Below, piece by piece: positions 29,155 through 40,836 of a stretch of 64,000 bases of DNA (the first letter of the stretch is position 1; each line of letters starts with the position of its first letter). Both the position numbers and the translations under genes were made by a program. This DNA comes from Corallochytrium limacisporum Hawaii (Eukaryota; Protista; Pluriformea), in contig PDIP01000027.1 in the NCBI GenBank assembly GCA_002811645.1, positions 62,001 to 126,000 on the forward strand, written 5' to 3'. Below the pieces are notes generated by a model that had not been told where the DNA came from, ran no database searches, and saw only the letters and a program-made list of their open reading frames with translations.

Positions 29155-32100
29155 ATGAAAGGAGACGAAGTCTTCACGGAGGGGGCATCCTTCACGGAGG
29201 ACGAACGCCGTGACGCCTCAGAGCCGGTAGCAATTCCGATGTCTGGCAGCGATGAACAGCCTACTTCCATGTCATCATCGCAGGGTAAAGACAGACCAAG
29301 CATGGACACCTTTTCGGCATTAGTTTCGCCAGGTTCATACACAAACAAGGAGCCTCTGAGTCCAATTATGTCACGGAGGTACGAAAAGCTTGAGGACTCG
29401 CGGGAGGAAGGTGAACCATCTCTGTCTAAGGATGCTCAGATGCGGGCGTCTTCTTCGTACACCAACATGGGAGAAATGGCTGGTATCACTGGTCTGTCTA
29501 ATTTGGGCAATACCTGCTTCATGAACAGTGTATTGCAGGCCGTGAGCAATACAAAGGAACTGCGTGAGTATTTCATGAACAGATATTTCAAACGTGAGGT
29601 TAATTTCACAAACCCCTTGGGCACCAAAGGCCAGGTAGCTTGGGCTTTGTTTCATGTGCTCACGCGCCTGTGGGATGGTCAGCAACGTAGTGTAGCACCA
29701 CGTCAATTCAAGGAAGTTTTGGGCGAGTTTGCTCCTCAGTTTCGCGGCTATTCGCAGCATGATGCACAGGAGTTCATGGCATTCTTGATGGACGCTGTAC
29801 ATGAAGATCTGAATCGTATAAAGGACAAGAAGTACATAGAGCTTGATGAGGTGGGCAAATCGGATGAACAGAAAGCGCAGGAAAAGTGGGATTACCACAA
29901 AATGAGGAACAACTCAATCGTTGTAGATCTTTTTCAGGGTCTGATGAAGTCCAAACTCACATGTCCAAAATGCAGTCATGTATCCACCACGTTTGATCCG
30001 TATATGTATGTCAGCGTGCCCATCCCTCATCCCAAACACATCAAGAAGACAGTGTGGTTTGTCGATAAGCAACGGAATGTGAAGCAGGTGACAGTGGATG
30101 TCAAGAACGATCCCTCAGGAGTAACATACGCAGATCTGAAGACAGCAGTGGCAGAGAGTCAAGGCATTCCTGCTCATCGGTGCCTCGTGCTCTCCAGTCG
30201 TACGTATAGCACGAAGATCTGCGATGAGTCTGATCGCATGGAAGAGGGTGGTTTCGCGAATGAAATGGTGTTCGAGGTAGCTGGATTCGGATTCAACAGT
30301 GATACTTTCATGCATAGTGAAGACAAGGTGATCTACTGTATTTTCTTTGAGACAGCAAGTTCTTCGGCAAGCTACAGTGCGGAAAGACTGCATCCGCCGT
30401 TGCTCTTCTACTATAGCCAGGAGGGCTTTGTGGCTGATCTGTACCAGGAGATTGCTAAGTTGATTGAGCCCCTGGCCATCAAACCTTTCTCGGAGGACAT
30501 TCTTAATGCCATGCACGCGCGGTGGGATAGAAAGAAGGAGCAGGCGCTTCTGAAAAAGCGGGCGTCACAAATGGAGCTTGAAGTTAGTGAGCTGGAACAC
30601 TCACCTCCACCATATGCGGCCAAAGCAGGCGATGATGGCGCTGCGACACGCCCACGCATCGACTCCACTGCCACCAAGGAAACAGTATCATTCATGGATA
30701 CCAAAGAGAAAGACAGCAGCCCTGAATTGGTGGTTCAGCAGGACAATGTGGGAGAAGGAGAGAAGGACGCCGAAGACAGCATAGTGGACCTTACCGGAGA
30801 CCAAAAACAAGCCCCGAACTCCACTAGCTCCTCTCCAATCGCACTCTATGGTAGTGATGATGATATGCGCAATGCGAGCAGCAGTCCGTCCCATCGCCTG
30901 TCCTCCGAGGGCAAGACAGAACAGTCAGCTATGGACACGGGCGAAGACAACAGTCTTTCTTCCCTGCCCGAGCCTCTATTCCTGCTGCGTCCAAAGCAGC
31001 ACGGTAGTAGGGACATGTGTGAACCAGATGAGAGCCTGGCAACCTGGAAGCCCGATCGCTACGACATGACGTACTCATCGTCCTATTCATTCGGATCCTC
31101 ATACGGTCGCTATGGCTCATCGCAGGAAGAAGAGACCAAGAAAATTACCAATCCGAATCAGCTGCGCAGGGACGTTTGGGTTACGTTCAAGACCTCCATC
31201 TATGACGAGTACATAGATGCGGCGAAGTTTAACCACTCTATGGCTCGAGATGCACCGATGCCCGTCCGCTCTACGGAGACCTCCGAATCGAATACCCTAC
31301 AGCAGTGTCTCGAACTGTTTTGCGAAGAGGAGACGCTAGGTGCAAACGACGCTTGGTATTGTCCAAAATGCAAAGAGCTGCAGGAGGGTGCGACCAAGAA
31401 GCTTGGCCTGTGGACTCTGCCAGAGATCCTAGTAATCCACCTGAAGCGATTCAGCTACCAAAGTCGAGCTGGCGGCTTGCATACATGGCGGAAGAAGATT
31501 GACAATCTCGTCACCTATCCATTTGAAGGGCTAAATATGAGCGAGTTTGCAGCACCAACGGACGAGCTGACCAAGAACCCATCACTGGCACAATACGACT
31601 GCTACGCCGTCGTCAACCATTTTGGCAGCCTCAGTGGTGGTCATTACACGGCACACGCCAAAAATTCGGAGAGCGGCGAATGGTACGAATTCAACGACAG
31701 TCATGTGTCCAAGGTGAACCGAGGGGAAATTATGGACAGATCGAACTACATTCTCTTCTACGCCCGCAAGGACTCTGAAGGTCGCCGCAAGGCCAAGATC
31801 GAGGAGAACCTGCTGCCACCGAATCCGGAACTGGAGCGCATGACAGGGCCACCCGAGGAGAAGAACAGTGACGGACTGACACTGTCCCGCAGAATCAGTG
31901 ACCGCGATGAAAGGTTAAGTTACGGCACAAGCGGCCTTCGAGACTCTGGCAGTGATCTGCGCCTGGCGTCGCCGGGCTCCAATGGAGATCCGCCGTCAGG
32001 TCCGGTCAGTCCGCTCGTGGCCTCGCCTCCCTATACAAGCGACCACAGTGATGATGAAATCGAGGATGTCAACAAATCTCAGAATTCGCTGGTGGCCTTG

Positions 32101-32409
32101 GAGCCCAATGCATTGTCTGCACGGGTACAGCAGCTGGCGGATAGCTGCGCTGAGAACGAAAAAGGCGGCAGTGATGGGGACGAAGACAGCGTAGAGATCG
32201 TCGGTGAAGTCAAGCGGCCTGCCGGCGAGTCCCCAGGTGGATCAGAAGCACCTGGCGGCTTTCCCAAAATCCCGCCGCCGCCACCGCCGGCTGATAGTCG
32301 CATTGCCGTGAAAGGAGAAGCAGCCATGGCTGCCGACGATGACGAAGTAGATTCTATGGCAGACGATCCCGGGACAGCTCGTACAAGTGGTAGTGGCATG
32401 GAAACATAG
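29155..32409 (+). CDS. Ubiquitin carboxyl-terminal hydrolase, USP19/USP4-15 clade
   Basis: Cys box GLSNLGNTCFMNS, NPLG, QHDAQEFMAFL.D..HEDLNR, split catalytic domain with CPKC pairs, His box NHFG...GGHYTA, WY.FND. Confidence 0.93.
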   Translation: MKGDEVFTEGASFTEDERRDASEPVAIPMSGSDEQPTSMSSSQGKDRPSMDTFSALVSPGSYTNKEPLSPIMSRRYEKLEDSREEGEPSLSKDAQMRASSSYTNMGEMAGITGLSNLGNTCFMNSVLQAVSNTKELREYFMNRYFKREVNFTNPLGTKGQVAWALFHVLTRLWDGQQRSVAPRQFKEVLGEFAPQFRGYSQHDAQEFMAFLMDAVHEDLNRIKDKKYIELDEVGKSDEQKAQEKWDYHKMRNNSIVVDLFQGLMKSKLTCPKCSHVSTTFDPYMYVSVPIPHPKHIKKTVWFVDKQRNVKQVTVDVKNDPSGVTYADLKTAVAESQGIPAHRCLVLSSRTYSTKICDESDRMEEGGFANEMVFEVAGFGFNSDTFMHSEDKVIYCIFFETASSSASYSAERLHPPLLFYYSQEGFVADLYQEIAKLIEPLAIKPFSEDILNAMHARWDRKKEQALLKKRASQMELEVSELEHSPPPYAAKAGDDGAATRPRIDSTATKETVSFMDTKEKDSSPELVVQQDNVGEGEKDAEDSIVDLTGDQKQAPNSTSSSPIALYGSDDDMRNASSSPSHRLSSEGKTEQSAMDTGEDNSLSSLPEPLFLLRPKQHGSRDMCEPDESLATWKPDRYDMTYSSSYSFGSSYGRYGSSQEEETKKITNPNQLRRDVWVTFKTSIYDEYIDAAKFNHSMARDAPMPVRSTETSESNTLQQCLELFCEEETLGANDAWYCPKCKELQEGATKKLGLWTLPEILVIHLKRFSYQSRAGGLHTWRKKIDNLVTYPFEGLNMSEFAAPTDELTKNPSLAQYDCYAVVNHFGSLSGGHYTAHAKNSESGEWYEFNDSHVSKVNRGEIMDRSNYILFYARKDSEGRRKAKIEENLLPPNPELERMTGPPEEKNSDGLTLSRRISDRDERLSYGTSGLRDSGSDLRLASPGSNGDPPSGPVSPLVASPPYTSDHSDDEIEDVNKSQNSLVALEPNALSARVQQLADSCAENEKGGSDGDEDSVEIVGEVKRPAGESPGGSEAPGGFPKIPPPPPPADSRIAVKGEAAMAADDDEVDSMADDPGTARTSGSGMET

Positions 32410-32506
32410 GCAGAAATACGAATAGTAAAGCATACATGTAGAACTACATTCTCTACGTTATATTCTCATGGACTGTTTCTTTGTCTCGGGATTGAGTCTT
32501 GCAAGA

Positions 32507-33856
32507 TTAGTTCCACAAGCGCACCGCATGATCATGTCCACCACTGATGAGGATATCCAGATCGTCATCGTATGCCAGCGACCGAACACTAGCAGTGTGA
32601 CCAGTTAATTTCCGTATCAATCTGCAGCTATCCGTCTCGAAGACGACAACAGGTCCATCCGTAGTGGTGCCGTAGATGTACGCACCCGTCGGCGACAGAC
32701 ACACGCGTGGGTTGCTGAAGACATCACTGATGTTTGGTGGACCGTAATAACTTCGCAGCAAATGCCCACTGAGGAAGTCGTAAAGGATAAACCGGTTCTT
32801 GTCCGTGGCAATTAGGAGCAGGGGACGATCTCGTACGGCTCTCACGAAGGTTGCATCCATGGCAGTGAAGCTAACATGGTCGTCGCCAATTTCGTTCATG
32901 TTGAGCAAGCGAACATCTGCCCGTTGTGAGGCGATCTCTGAAAGCGGGCCCTTGGTTTGTGATCGAAGAGCCTCAGGGTCTACGATGTGTAGACAATGAT
33001 CCGACCGGGTGAGCACGACGAGTTTATTGGCGTGCTTGCGCTGCGCCTCTTCGGGGCAGTGCTCCATGTGTTTCGGCGAGAAGACAACACCCTCGACTGC
33101 ACTTTGGTAGTTGACCTTCGCAATCAATGCGTACTCACTCCCATCCTCAGTTAATCCAAATATTTGTACGGCCTGATCATAGCTTGCTACTGCAAACATG
33201 CTTGCATCGTCGTTCCAAGCCACGCGCACCGCGAACTTCCGGCCGCCAATGACAGTCTGGATAGTTTTGAAAGTGTAATCGCTAGGGTTCGCGTCATCCA
33301 CGCTCACTATGGTCACTGTCCCGTCCATGCAGGCCACAAGCAGACGCTTCGTGGATTGGTGTAGTCGTAGATCGAGTACTGGTGTCTTTGTAGCGAGAAC
33401 AACGCGACTGTTGTGTACGTCCAATCCGCGGGTGAGCGAAGTGGCGTCCGGATCTAGTACAGAATAGGGGGTGAACCGCACCTGCCGATCAGCACCCCCA
33501 CTGAAGACACCTCTCCCAAACAAGCAGGTTACGGCAATGACATTCGCCGAGTGCACTTTTTGCATGGCACTTAAATGATCAGCGACGTGAGTGTGGTCTG
33601 CTGGTGGCAAGATTACACCCACGGTTCCCGCAGCGAGGACACGCTCCTCTTCCCGCCTTAGGCGCTTGTCCAAAGCGGCATCATGGTCCTCAAGACCTTC
33701 TGCCTTAGCATGGGCATCGAGTATTGACAGTAAATGGCTTCGCTTTGCCGGCCGCTCCCATGGGCCGGACTCTTCCTCAAATGCGGAGAGTGTTAAAGAA
33801 AGTCCCGCCTCGTCGAGGTACTGCGCGACCAAATTACGCACATCCTTAGGATCCAT
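32507..33856 (-). CDS. LisH + WD40 repeat protein
   Basis: N-terminal LisH (LVAQYLDEAGL..TL.AFEEE); WD40 repeats (FSGGADRQV, VASYDQAV, GHTASVRSL...ISGGHDHAVRLW). Confidence 0.85.
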   Translation of the reverse strand: MDPKDVRNLVAQYLDEAGLSLTLSAFEEESGPWERPAKRSHLLSILDAHAKAEGLEDHDAALDKRLRREEERVLAAGTVGVILPPADHTHVADHLSAMQKVHSANVIAVTCLFGRGVFSGGADRQVRFTPYSVLDPDATSLTRGLDVHNSRVVLATKTPVLDLRLHQSTKRLLVACMDGTVTIVSVDDANPSDYTFKTIQTVIGGRKFAVRVAWNDDASMFAVASYDQAVQIFGLTEDGSEYALIAKVNYQSAVEGVVFSPKHMEHCPEEAQRKHANKLVVLTRSDHCLHIVDPEALRSQTKGPLSEIASQRADVRLLNMNEIGDDHVSFTAMDATFVRAVRDRPLLLIATDKNRFILYDFLSGHLLRSYYGPPNISDVFSNPRVCLSPTGAYIYGTTTDGPVVVFETDSCRLIRKLTGHTASVRSLAYDDDLDILISGGHDHAVRLWN

Positions 33857-34170
33857 GGCAGGGACTTGCTCACGATTTTCCCTCCGCTCGTATTAGCTTT
33901 CATTAAGAATACCAAAGTCATGGTGTCAAATTGGATACAGTTTGCCACGTCTCTTCTAGTAGCCCCAAACAACAAGGTCTGGCCCAAGGTGGGGTTTCGG
34001 TCCCGCTCGGTACATACGAGTACGAAACGACATCAGCCCAGCCCGATTGCTTTGGGAACAGTGAGCTGTCTCGCTGGCAGTTGGATGTACTTCACAATAG
34101 TTTGGTTCCTTACAGAAATGTAAAATCTTTGTCTTGAATATTGTCATAAAATGTATCTACTATTTGGTAA

Positions 34171-35142
34171 TCATGCTCCCTCGAAACCCGTGAAAAAGCC
34201 ATCTCGGCACTCTTGGAGCGCCCGCTGCACGAAGCCAACAGCTGCAGCACCTCCCGCAAGCTGCAGTCGATGACGTTCCGCACTTCCGCTGCGGTACGGT
34301 CCAATGTGAAGCGACTCTGCAGCTTGCAGAACGTGGGATAGATGTTCGTCTGCAAGGACGATGTGGTCGAAGTAGTCCTGTTCTGTGTATGGCAGGGCAA
34401 TGCGACGTTTCGACTCTGGTTGGACCAGGTGATATTTCTTCTTGATCTCAGCCTTCTTATCCTCTCCGTCAGTGGTTGCCACCTGCTTGCCTGCAGTTGC
34501 TGCAATTTCTTCCATTTTCAGGCGCTGCATGCGTTCGACTTCAATAGCATCTTCCCCTCGGGACAGCGCGTCCAAGACGTGCTGCTCAAGTTCCTGCTTG
34601 GCCTGCCGTTCCTGCAGCAGGCGTTGCACAGCTTCTTGCCGGTGGCGTTCGCGTTCTTCTTCTTCTTCATCTATCTCCTTCTTCATGGACTTTTCCATTT
34701 CCTGGCGGCGCAGAGCAGCCTGTGTGATAGCCGGCTTGTTCTCTTCCCGATACTTTGCCACCCGCGCCTTTGTCTCATCAACATCAACATTGTTAGTGAG
34801 ATTGAAAACGATGTCTTCGATCTCTTCCAGGTAGTCATTGTACAATCTGAGATCTTTAAAGTCCTCTTCAGTTTTGTTGTACGTACGTAGGATAGCTTTT
34901 CGCACCCGCATTTCCTTTTCGACTTCCAGGTCATCAAACTGAGGGTCTGTGATCTCATTCTCACGCAAGATCTGCCCACATTCCGGACACGTTGGATTGT
35001 GTCTCCGGAAGATGCGTTCTTTACAAGACTGACAAAATCGGTGGCCACACCGAGTAAGAAGAAGCTTAAAATTTGGGTTCAGATAGCTCTTCCGACTCTT
35101 GCATACAGGACAAACGTCCTGTTCTTCGAACTCCGCCTCCAT
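34171..35142 (-). CDS. MNAT1: CDK-activating kinase assembly factor MAT1 (TFIIH)
   Basis: RING CPVCK...YLNP..KLL...CGH.FC.SC...CP.C, F.D..VEKE..VR, YNK.EEDF..L..YNDYLEE.E.IVFNL. Confidence 0.96.
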   Translation of the reverse strand: MEAEFEEQDVCPVCKSRKSYLNPNFKLLLTRCGHRFCQSCKERIFRRHNPTCPECGQILRENEITDPQFDDLEVEKEMRVRKAILRTYNKTEEDFKDLRLYNDYLEEIEDIVFNLTNNVDVDETKARVAKYREENKPAITQAALRRQEMEKSMKKEIDEEEEERERHRQEAVQRLLQERQAKQELEQHVLDALSRGEDAIEVERMQRLKMEEIAATAGKQVATTDGEDKKAEIKKKYHLVQPESKRRIALPYTEQDYFDHIVLADEHLSHVLQAAESLHIGPYRSGSAERHRLQLAGGAAAVGFVQRALQECRDGFFTGFEGA

Positions 35143-35798
35143 GATCCTCTATCTACGCAAGTTAAGCTGTCGAGAACGTCCAAACTGGAAACACTTATCT
35201 AAATCTGTCTCACATGCTTGTAACACAACATTCTCCACGAATGAGATCAGAATACCTCAAATTATATTTACCACCAGCAACCCTTACTTATCCAAATCTA
35301 TATGATTCCTCGTTCCACACCTTACATACCTGCAAAGCCCAGCAGCTTCAGTACCACCCGCCCGGGTGTTTTCCACTTCTGTTTGCGTCCCCGTCTTCTG
35401 GCACTTTCGCGACCATACGCGAACAAAGGAAGATCAACGGTGAGCTCAGCGCAGCTTGGTATACAGCAAAACCCTCCCCGCCCCAATTCCTTCAGGGCGC
35501 CCCGTTTGCTTGCTCTGGTTCCCACCCCAAAGGTTCTATGCAGGTCAAAGGAAGCGCCACGGGTTTGAAATTGCCAGAGTCCCGGGCTTGGGCGCTCATC
35601 GCTGGCCGCATTTTGAGAGCTCCTTTCTCAAGGGTTTTGACGTAAAGGTATCTGGACAGGCTCCCTGCCATGTACTTTGTGAGGTCATGATCGGCTCAGT
35701 TACTGCGAATGGCCAGTTCGGGCTATGTCGGCGGGGTGAGTGGTTCTTGAAATTCGCATGCGTATGGATTTCATACACAGCAATAGCAGTGGTGCGCG

Positions 35799-37187
35799 AT
35801 GGCAGATGCCAGCAGCCCGGCAGAAAAGCGGACAAACATCAGTCAGGAGCAGGAAGATGACCTGGAAGGATTGTGGTGGGAGAACATCGGCGAAGAGGCA
35901 CTCGCGGAGGTGCTGGACCTTCCGAATTCGCAGGCGAATCAAACCCGCACGACGCCCTCACTAAGGACGCTGCGCCGGAAACAAAAGAAAGATCCTGAAG
36001 TCTGGACTACCGATATCGAGGATATCATAAAGTCTGAAGACGATGTCCGAAACCCTACCTACTCAGACCACCAGGTTATCTCAGTGACAGGCTTGTGTAA
36101 GGCTCTGTGGTGCGAGTATAAGTATGTATACGACCGTGTCCGTGGCCAGGAGGAGACACCTGCCATGAAGTCTGGAATAGAGATCCATGACGCCCTGGAG
36201 GCGGAAGTGCACGACATGGAAGAAGTTTACACCGAGACCAAAACGGACATCATGGCCATCAAACTGGCAAACATGGTGGTGTGCATGACAGAAGTGATCA
36301 CCAATGGGCTCACTCGAGAAATGCCCTTGTATGGCATTGTCAGGACCATGGGAGGGGACTGTCTATGGTTCAGTGGCATAATAGATGAAGTGCGCTGGAC
36401 TGCTGCGGCTGATCTGCCAGAGCGCATACCAAGAGCCTCCACGCCAGAGATGAAGACCGCTGATATGGACGACATGATGCACATTGAGGATGAAGAGCAA
36501 TGGCATGGCAGAACGATTGAAAATCGCAGCGATCTCACGGATTCCACGGTCACCGACAAGTCAACAGCGGCCCAGCCACCTCCTATAGTAACGGGTGTCG
36601 TCATATCTGATGCCAAGACTCGAGTTTCCAACACCGTACCAAAACCAGATTCAGCATCGATGCATTCTGTAAAGTTGCAATTGAATGTCTATGCTATCAT
36701 GTGGGAGTGCATGCGCAAGAACGAACTGTCCTGGACGGAACTATTTGCGCGGCTTGGCGTAGATGACCAGCTGCCCTTCTGCAGCAGTGTGCAGAATGCA
36801 CTAACTCGGCAAGGTTTGGGAGAGCACAAACGCTTAGGCGATCTTTGCGGCATGGTTGATGGGTTAGCGAGCAATTTGGCTCCAGTATCTGGGTTAGAGG
36901 CCGTGTGGTACGCGCAGAACGACCAGAAACGCATCGGCAGCCATATTTGGAAAGAAGCGGATCTGCGCAGCAGTGTGTCCTGGGCCAATGCGATCGTGCG
37001 CAAAAAGATGAAATTCTTCAATCAGAAACGTCCTATGACAGGGGTGAACATGGTCAATGTCTGGAAATGCGAGTACTGTGGCCATCGCGACTCATGCGCT
37101 TGGCGAGATAAACAAGCTCGGAAGCTTACTGAAAGAGTTGCTCAGCACCAACAGCAACCGAAGGAAAACCCACCGCAATATCAATAA
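35799..37187 (+). CDS. EXO5: Exonuclease V (Exo5/Dem1), Fe-S cluster PD-(D/E)xK nuclease
   Basis: SVT.L....WCE....Y, M..G..IH..LE.EVH, G.TRE.P..G, GIIDE, ISD.KTR, LQL..Y, WKC.YC....SC.WR. Confidence 0.93.
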   Translation: MADASSPAEKRTNISQEQEDDLEGLWWENIGEEALAEVLDLPNSQANQTRTTPSLRTLRRKQKKDPEVWTTDIEDIIKSEDDVRNPTYSDHQVISVTGLCKALWCEYKYVYDRVRGQEETPAMKSGIEIHDALEAEVHDMEEVYTETKTDIMAIKLANMVVCMTEVITNGLTREMPLYGIVRTMGGDCLWFSGIIDEVRWTAAADLPERIPRASTPEMKTADMDDMMHIEDEEQWHGRTIENRSDLTDSTVTDKSTAAQPPPIVTGVVISDAKTRVSNTVPKPDSASMHSVKLQLNVYAIMWECMRKNELSWTELFARLGVDDQLPFCSSVQNALTRQGLGEHKRLGDLCGMVDGLASNLAPVSGLEAVWYAQNDQKRIGSHIWKEADLRSSVSWANAIVRKKMKFFNQKRPMTGVNMVNVWKCEYCGHRDSCAWRDKQARKLTERVAQHQQQPKENPPQYQ

Positions 37188-38349
37188 ATGCTTCAGATCA
37201 CTGACAGAGCAAGTTCCGTGCTCAAGACTTTGCTGACAACCCCCTGCACCACGCGATCTTGGCTCTGGGCAGAGAAGCAACGTATTTCCGTCGAACGGGT
37301 CTTGCCGTGGCCAAATAAAGCTCTCCTCGGGTTCAGCTGGCATGAGGAACTGATACCCTCTTCGACAAATGGCGGGGTGAATGCGATCGTAGTAACCCGC
37401 GCTCCTTCCGGCTCTCCCCTCCTCCCCCTCGTTCCCAACCTCCCGCGCAACCGCCCGACCGGGCGCGACGATGTCTGGCTCTGTCATTGCTCCAAAATGT
37501 CACAATCCTTCCCTCCTTTAGCAGTACATTTTTCATGGCCGCCCCGGTGGGTCTTGGCGTTTCCTTTGCGTAATTCCCCCCTCCAAACCCCCCGCCCACC
37601 CCCCGAAAGCGGGCGGCGGGATTTCGAAGGGGTTTGTGAGTCGGTGGTGGCTTTTTTCTTGTCTTTCTTGTATTTCCCGGTGCTCCGGCGTTGGAGATTC
37701 TTTTTGCCGCGACCCCTGGCTGTAAAATTTCAAAAAATTGGAGCAAGCGGAAAATTTGCGGAGACGCGGCAGGGAATTTTGCATTGCATGTCAATGAAAT
37801 CTTCGGGGGAATGTCTGCGCTTGGAAAATGTGATCCTCAACTGCCTGGAACCCGACCGCTGCGGGTGCCCTTCCGAACCAAACATTGCAGACTTTGCAGT
37901 ACGACTGACCCGCCTTCCTTGGCTTCGCCGGGCCGGGATCCGCGACAGTGACTGCGTAGGGTTGAGCGCCCAGCTGAGGTCAGCAGGGAGATTTGAGTGC
38001 ACAGTTCGGTTCAATGGACACGGATACGTGTTCTGCTTCCTGAGCGGCTTTTTTTGGTCCTACTAGCATGAGAGCTTATGGGAATGGTCTTTGCACATCC
38101 AGCAGAAATACGAACGAGACGTCCAGGGAAAGGTCCAGACCGTTAAATCAAATGGTACTTTAGACCCTTGACTGGTGGCCCTGGATCTAGACATGGTGGC
38201 CGCAAGCACACATTTTTGCAATTGAGAAGAGATAGACTGAAGCACCAACGGATTTTTACGTCATGGTGCGTACAGCTATGTAACACAGAAGAGTTGATTC
38301 ATAAGTGTAAACGGGAGATACAATAGAAAACCGTTTATCCAAGTAAAGG

Positions 38350-40053
38350 ATGGCAACATCATTCACAACATTGTTCCAGCAGCTGGAGCCGGGGCAGTCT
38401 GGGCCGCCTCAGCAGCTGGTTTGGAATGACATAGAGAAGTTGACTACACTACGGGAGCGTCTGAATGAGTACTTGAAGCAAGAGGGAGGTGACATTATCC
38501 TGTCCGTTGGTAAGGACGAGCATTTGAGTGCTGAGGATGCGGACGACTTTAAGAACCGGTTGCAGACCCTCACTGAGGGCACAGATGTGAAAGTTACGGT
38601 ATTACGGAAGAAGACTGCACCAGCAGCCAACAATGGGGTAATTCTTGAAATATTAGTCCGCAGAAAGCCCCATGATCTGGACTTTGCAGAGGTGCGAGTT
38701 GCAGTGGTTGGTAATGTGGATGCTGGTAAGTCGACTTTACTCGGTGTGTTGACCCATGGCGTACTAGATGACGGTCGTGGTAAGAGCCGAACCAAACTTT
38801 TCAGGCACAAACACGAAATCGACAGCGGAAGAACGTCGTCGGTGGGCAATGATATCCTCGGATTTGACTGTGAGGGCACCATTGTGAACGAGCCGAACCA
38901 ACACTCCGGGGCCCTCGATTGGGCTGCAATCTGCAAGAAGGCCTCGAAGGTTTTGACTTTCATCGATCTGGCAGGCCACGAACGGTACCTTAAAACTACT
39001 GTGTTTGGATTGACTGGCCATCATCCAGATTATGTCATGTTGATGGTTGGAGCGAATGCAGGCCTGGTGGGCATGACTAAGGAGCACTTGGGGCTTAGCT
39101 TGGCATTGAGTGTGCCTGTTTATGTCGTTGTTACCAAGATTGATATGTGTCCTTCTAATGTATTGGACAGCACTCTAAAGCTTTTGAAGAAGGTTCTGAA
39201 GAGTCCTGGTGTGCGCAAATTACCGTTGATGATCAACACCATTGATGATGTAATCACAGCTGCCTGCAATTTCGGCAGCGAGCGCATCTGTCCCATCTTC
39301 CAGATCTCCAATGTCACCGGAGAGAACATCGACCTGCTCAAGGTATTCTTGAACCTCTTAAAGAGCAGAGGCACTTGGGTTAGCGATGGTACAAGTGAAT
39401 TTCTCATCGATGACACTTACATGGTGCCAGGTGTGGGTACTGTTGTATCTGGCACGATGATGCGGGGTACGCTGAGACCCAATGAAACCGTCCTGTTCGG
39501 TCCCGATGCCCTTGGCAAATACGAGTCTGTGACATTGAAGAGCATCCATCGCAAGCGTCTGCCTGTGAACTACGTCGAAGCTGGTCACACAGCAAGCATT
39601 GCGCTCAAGAAGGTCAAGAAGGCTCAATTACGCAAGGGTATGGTACTGGTTGGCAAGACCTTGGAAATGCCTGCCGCTGTGCGAGAGTTCCAAGTGGAGT
39701 TGCTGATCTTGCACCACCCGACTACCATCAGTTGCAAGTATCAGGCCATGGTGCACTGTGGATCTGTCCGCCAGACCGCCACCCTTATTAAGATGGATAA
39801 GGAACATTTGCGTACCGGCGATCGGGCGCATGTTACGATGCGTTTCCTGAAGAAACCAGAGTATATTAAGGTCGGTGATGCGTTAGTTTTTCGTGAAGGT
39901 AGAACGAAAGCGGTTGGTAAAATCGTTGCCATTGAAGACAACCATATGAATGAGCACATGTTGAAGATGAAGGACAAGCGCGTGCTGCCAACGAGGACGC
40001 AACAAAGTGGTGGAACATCGACGTCAAACAGTGAAACAGTGTGCGCAGGGTAA
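38350..40053 (+). CDS. GTPBP1: GTP-binding protein 1 (eEF1A-related translational GTPase)
   Basis: [78 protein letters not shown]. Confidence 0.96.
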   Translation: MATSFTTLFQQLEPGQSGPPQQLVWNDIEKLTTLRERLNEYLKQEGGDIILSVGKDEHLSAEDADDFKNRLQTLTEGTDVKVTVLRKKTAPAANNGVILEILVRRKPHDLDFAEVRVAVVGNVDAGKSTLLGVLTHGVLDDGRGKSRTKLFRHKHEIDSGRTSSVGNDILGFDCEGTIVNEPNQHSGALDWAAICKKASKVLTFIDLAGHERYLKTTVFGLTGHHPDYVMLMVGANAGLVGMTKEHLGLSLALSVPVYVVVTKIDMCPSNVLDSTLKLLKKVLKSPGVRKLPLMINTIDDVITAACNFGSERICPIFQISNVTGENIDLLKVFLNLLKSRGTWVSDGTSEFLIDDTYMVPGVGTVVSGTMMRGTLRPNETVLFGPDALGKYESVTLKSIHRKRLPVNYVEAGHTASIALKKVKKAQLRKGMVLVGKTLEMPAAVREFQVELLILHHPTTISCKYQAMVHCGSVRQTATLIKMDKEHLRTGDRAHVTMRFLKKPEYIKVGDALVFREGRTKAVGKIVAIEDNHMNEHMLKMKDKRVLPTRTQQSGGTSTSNSETVCAG

Positions 40054-40125
40054 ATGCTGTCCCTACTCGTGATTGTATGTTCAAATATATAATAGGAAGC
40101 CTATGGCAGCAAGAGGCTTATGCCT

Positions 40126-40836
40126 TTACTTCTTCTGCTTCCTCTGGTTTCTTTCATTCCTGTGACGCTGCCTTCTTTTTCCTCTCACTCCGCTCTGAGG
40201 CGAAAGATGGCTTTGTGCGGGTTCAGTTTGATCTGGCTTGCGTATAGATACCTTCCAGTCCTGAGAGCTCAAGAAAGTTTGCAGCTTCTGAATGACTTGA
40301 TTTTTTAAACTCTTTCGACGCTCTTGGTGGAAAGCCCAGAATTCAGCAGCCTCCTTGTATGCCAGTTCTTGTTGTCTCTCATACTGTGCCATGCAAATGG
40401 CAACTTTGGGAGCGCATTCATCTTGGATGCGCTTGTGTTGTTCAGGAGAGATCTTGTCCTTGCTGAGCTCATATTGCACCTGAGCCTTTTGTTTTTGCTT
40501 GTCCAAAAAGTGTATTAGACGTGAAAACTTCTCTTTTTCGGTCATGTGCACTCGCTGCACAGCGATATGTTGTGCAAGGACTTGGGGATACATTGTGTGT
40601 GTTACAAACAGGTAGCGGATGATCGCATCTTTAGCACTTTGGGTTTCATGGTCAACATGGGGAAAATTGCTGCTGATATCATGTGCATACGCATGCTCAT
40701 CGTGCTTTAAAGTGTCATTAAGACTCTGCGTTAGATCAACGGTTGTTGACTCTGCCATCTTTATCCCAGGCTTTGTGAATGTCCTTCCAAATGATAACCT
40801 TTGGGTCGTCGATCGTTTGATCAAGCTGACAAGCAT
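40126..40836 (-). CDS. Hypothetical protein (helical, basic C-terminus)
   Basis: 236-aa ORF convergent with GTPBP1 (72-bp gap), protein-like composition; no family recognised. Confidence 0.65.
   Translation of the reverse strand: MLVSLIKRSTTQRLSFGRTFTKPGIKMAESTTVDLTQSLNDTLKHDEHAYAHDISSNFPHVDHETQSAKDAIIRYLFVTHTMYPQVLAQHIAVQRVHMTEKEKFSRLIHFLDKQKQKAQVQYELSKDKISPEQHKRIQDECAPKVAICMAQYERQQELAYKEAAEFWAFHQERRKSLKNQVIQKLQTFLSSQDWKVSIRKPDQTEPAQSHLSPQSGVRGKRRQRHRNERNQRKQKK

Noticed and set aside
37188-38066. 292-aa ORF in frame directly after the EXO5 TAA (possible readthrough or separate gene)
   Set aside because: Runs across C-tracts and T-tracts of the GTPBP1 upstream region; Pro/Arg/Phe-rich and not protein-like; TAA-A is a poor readthrough context.
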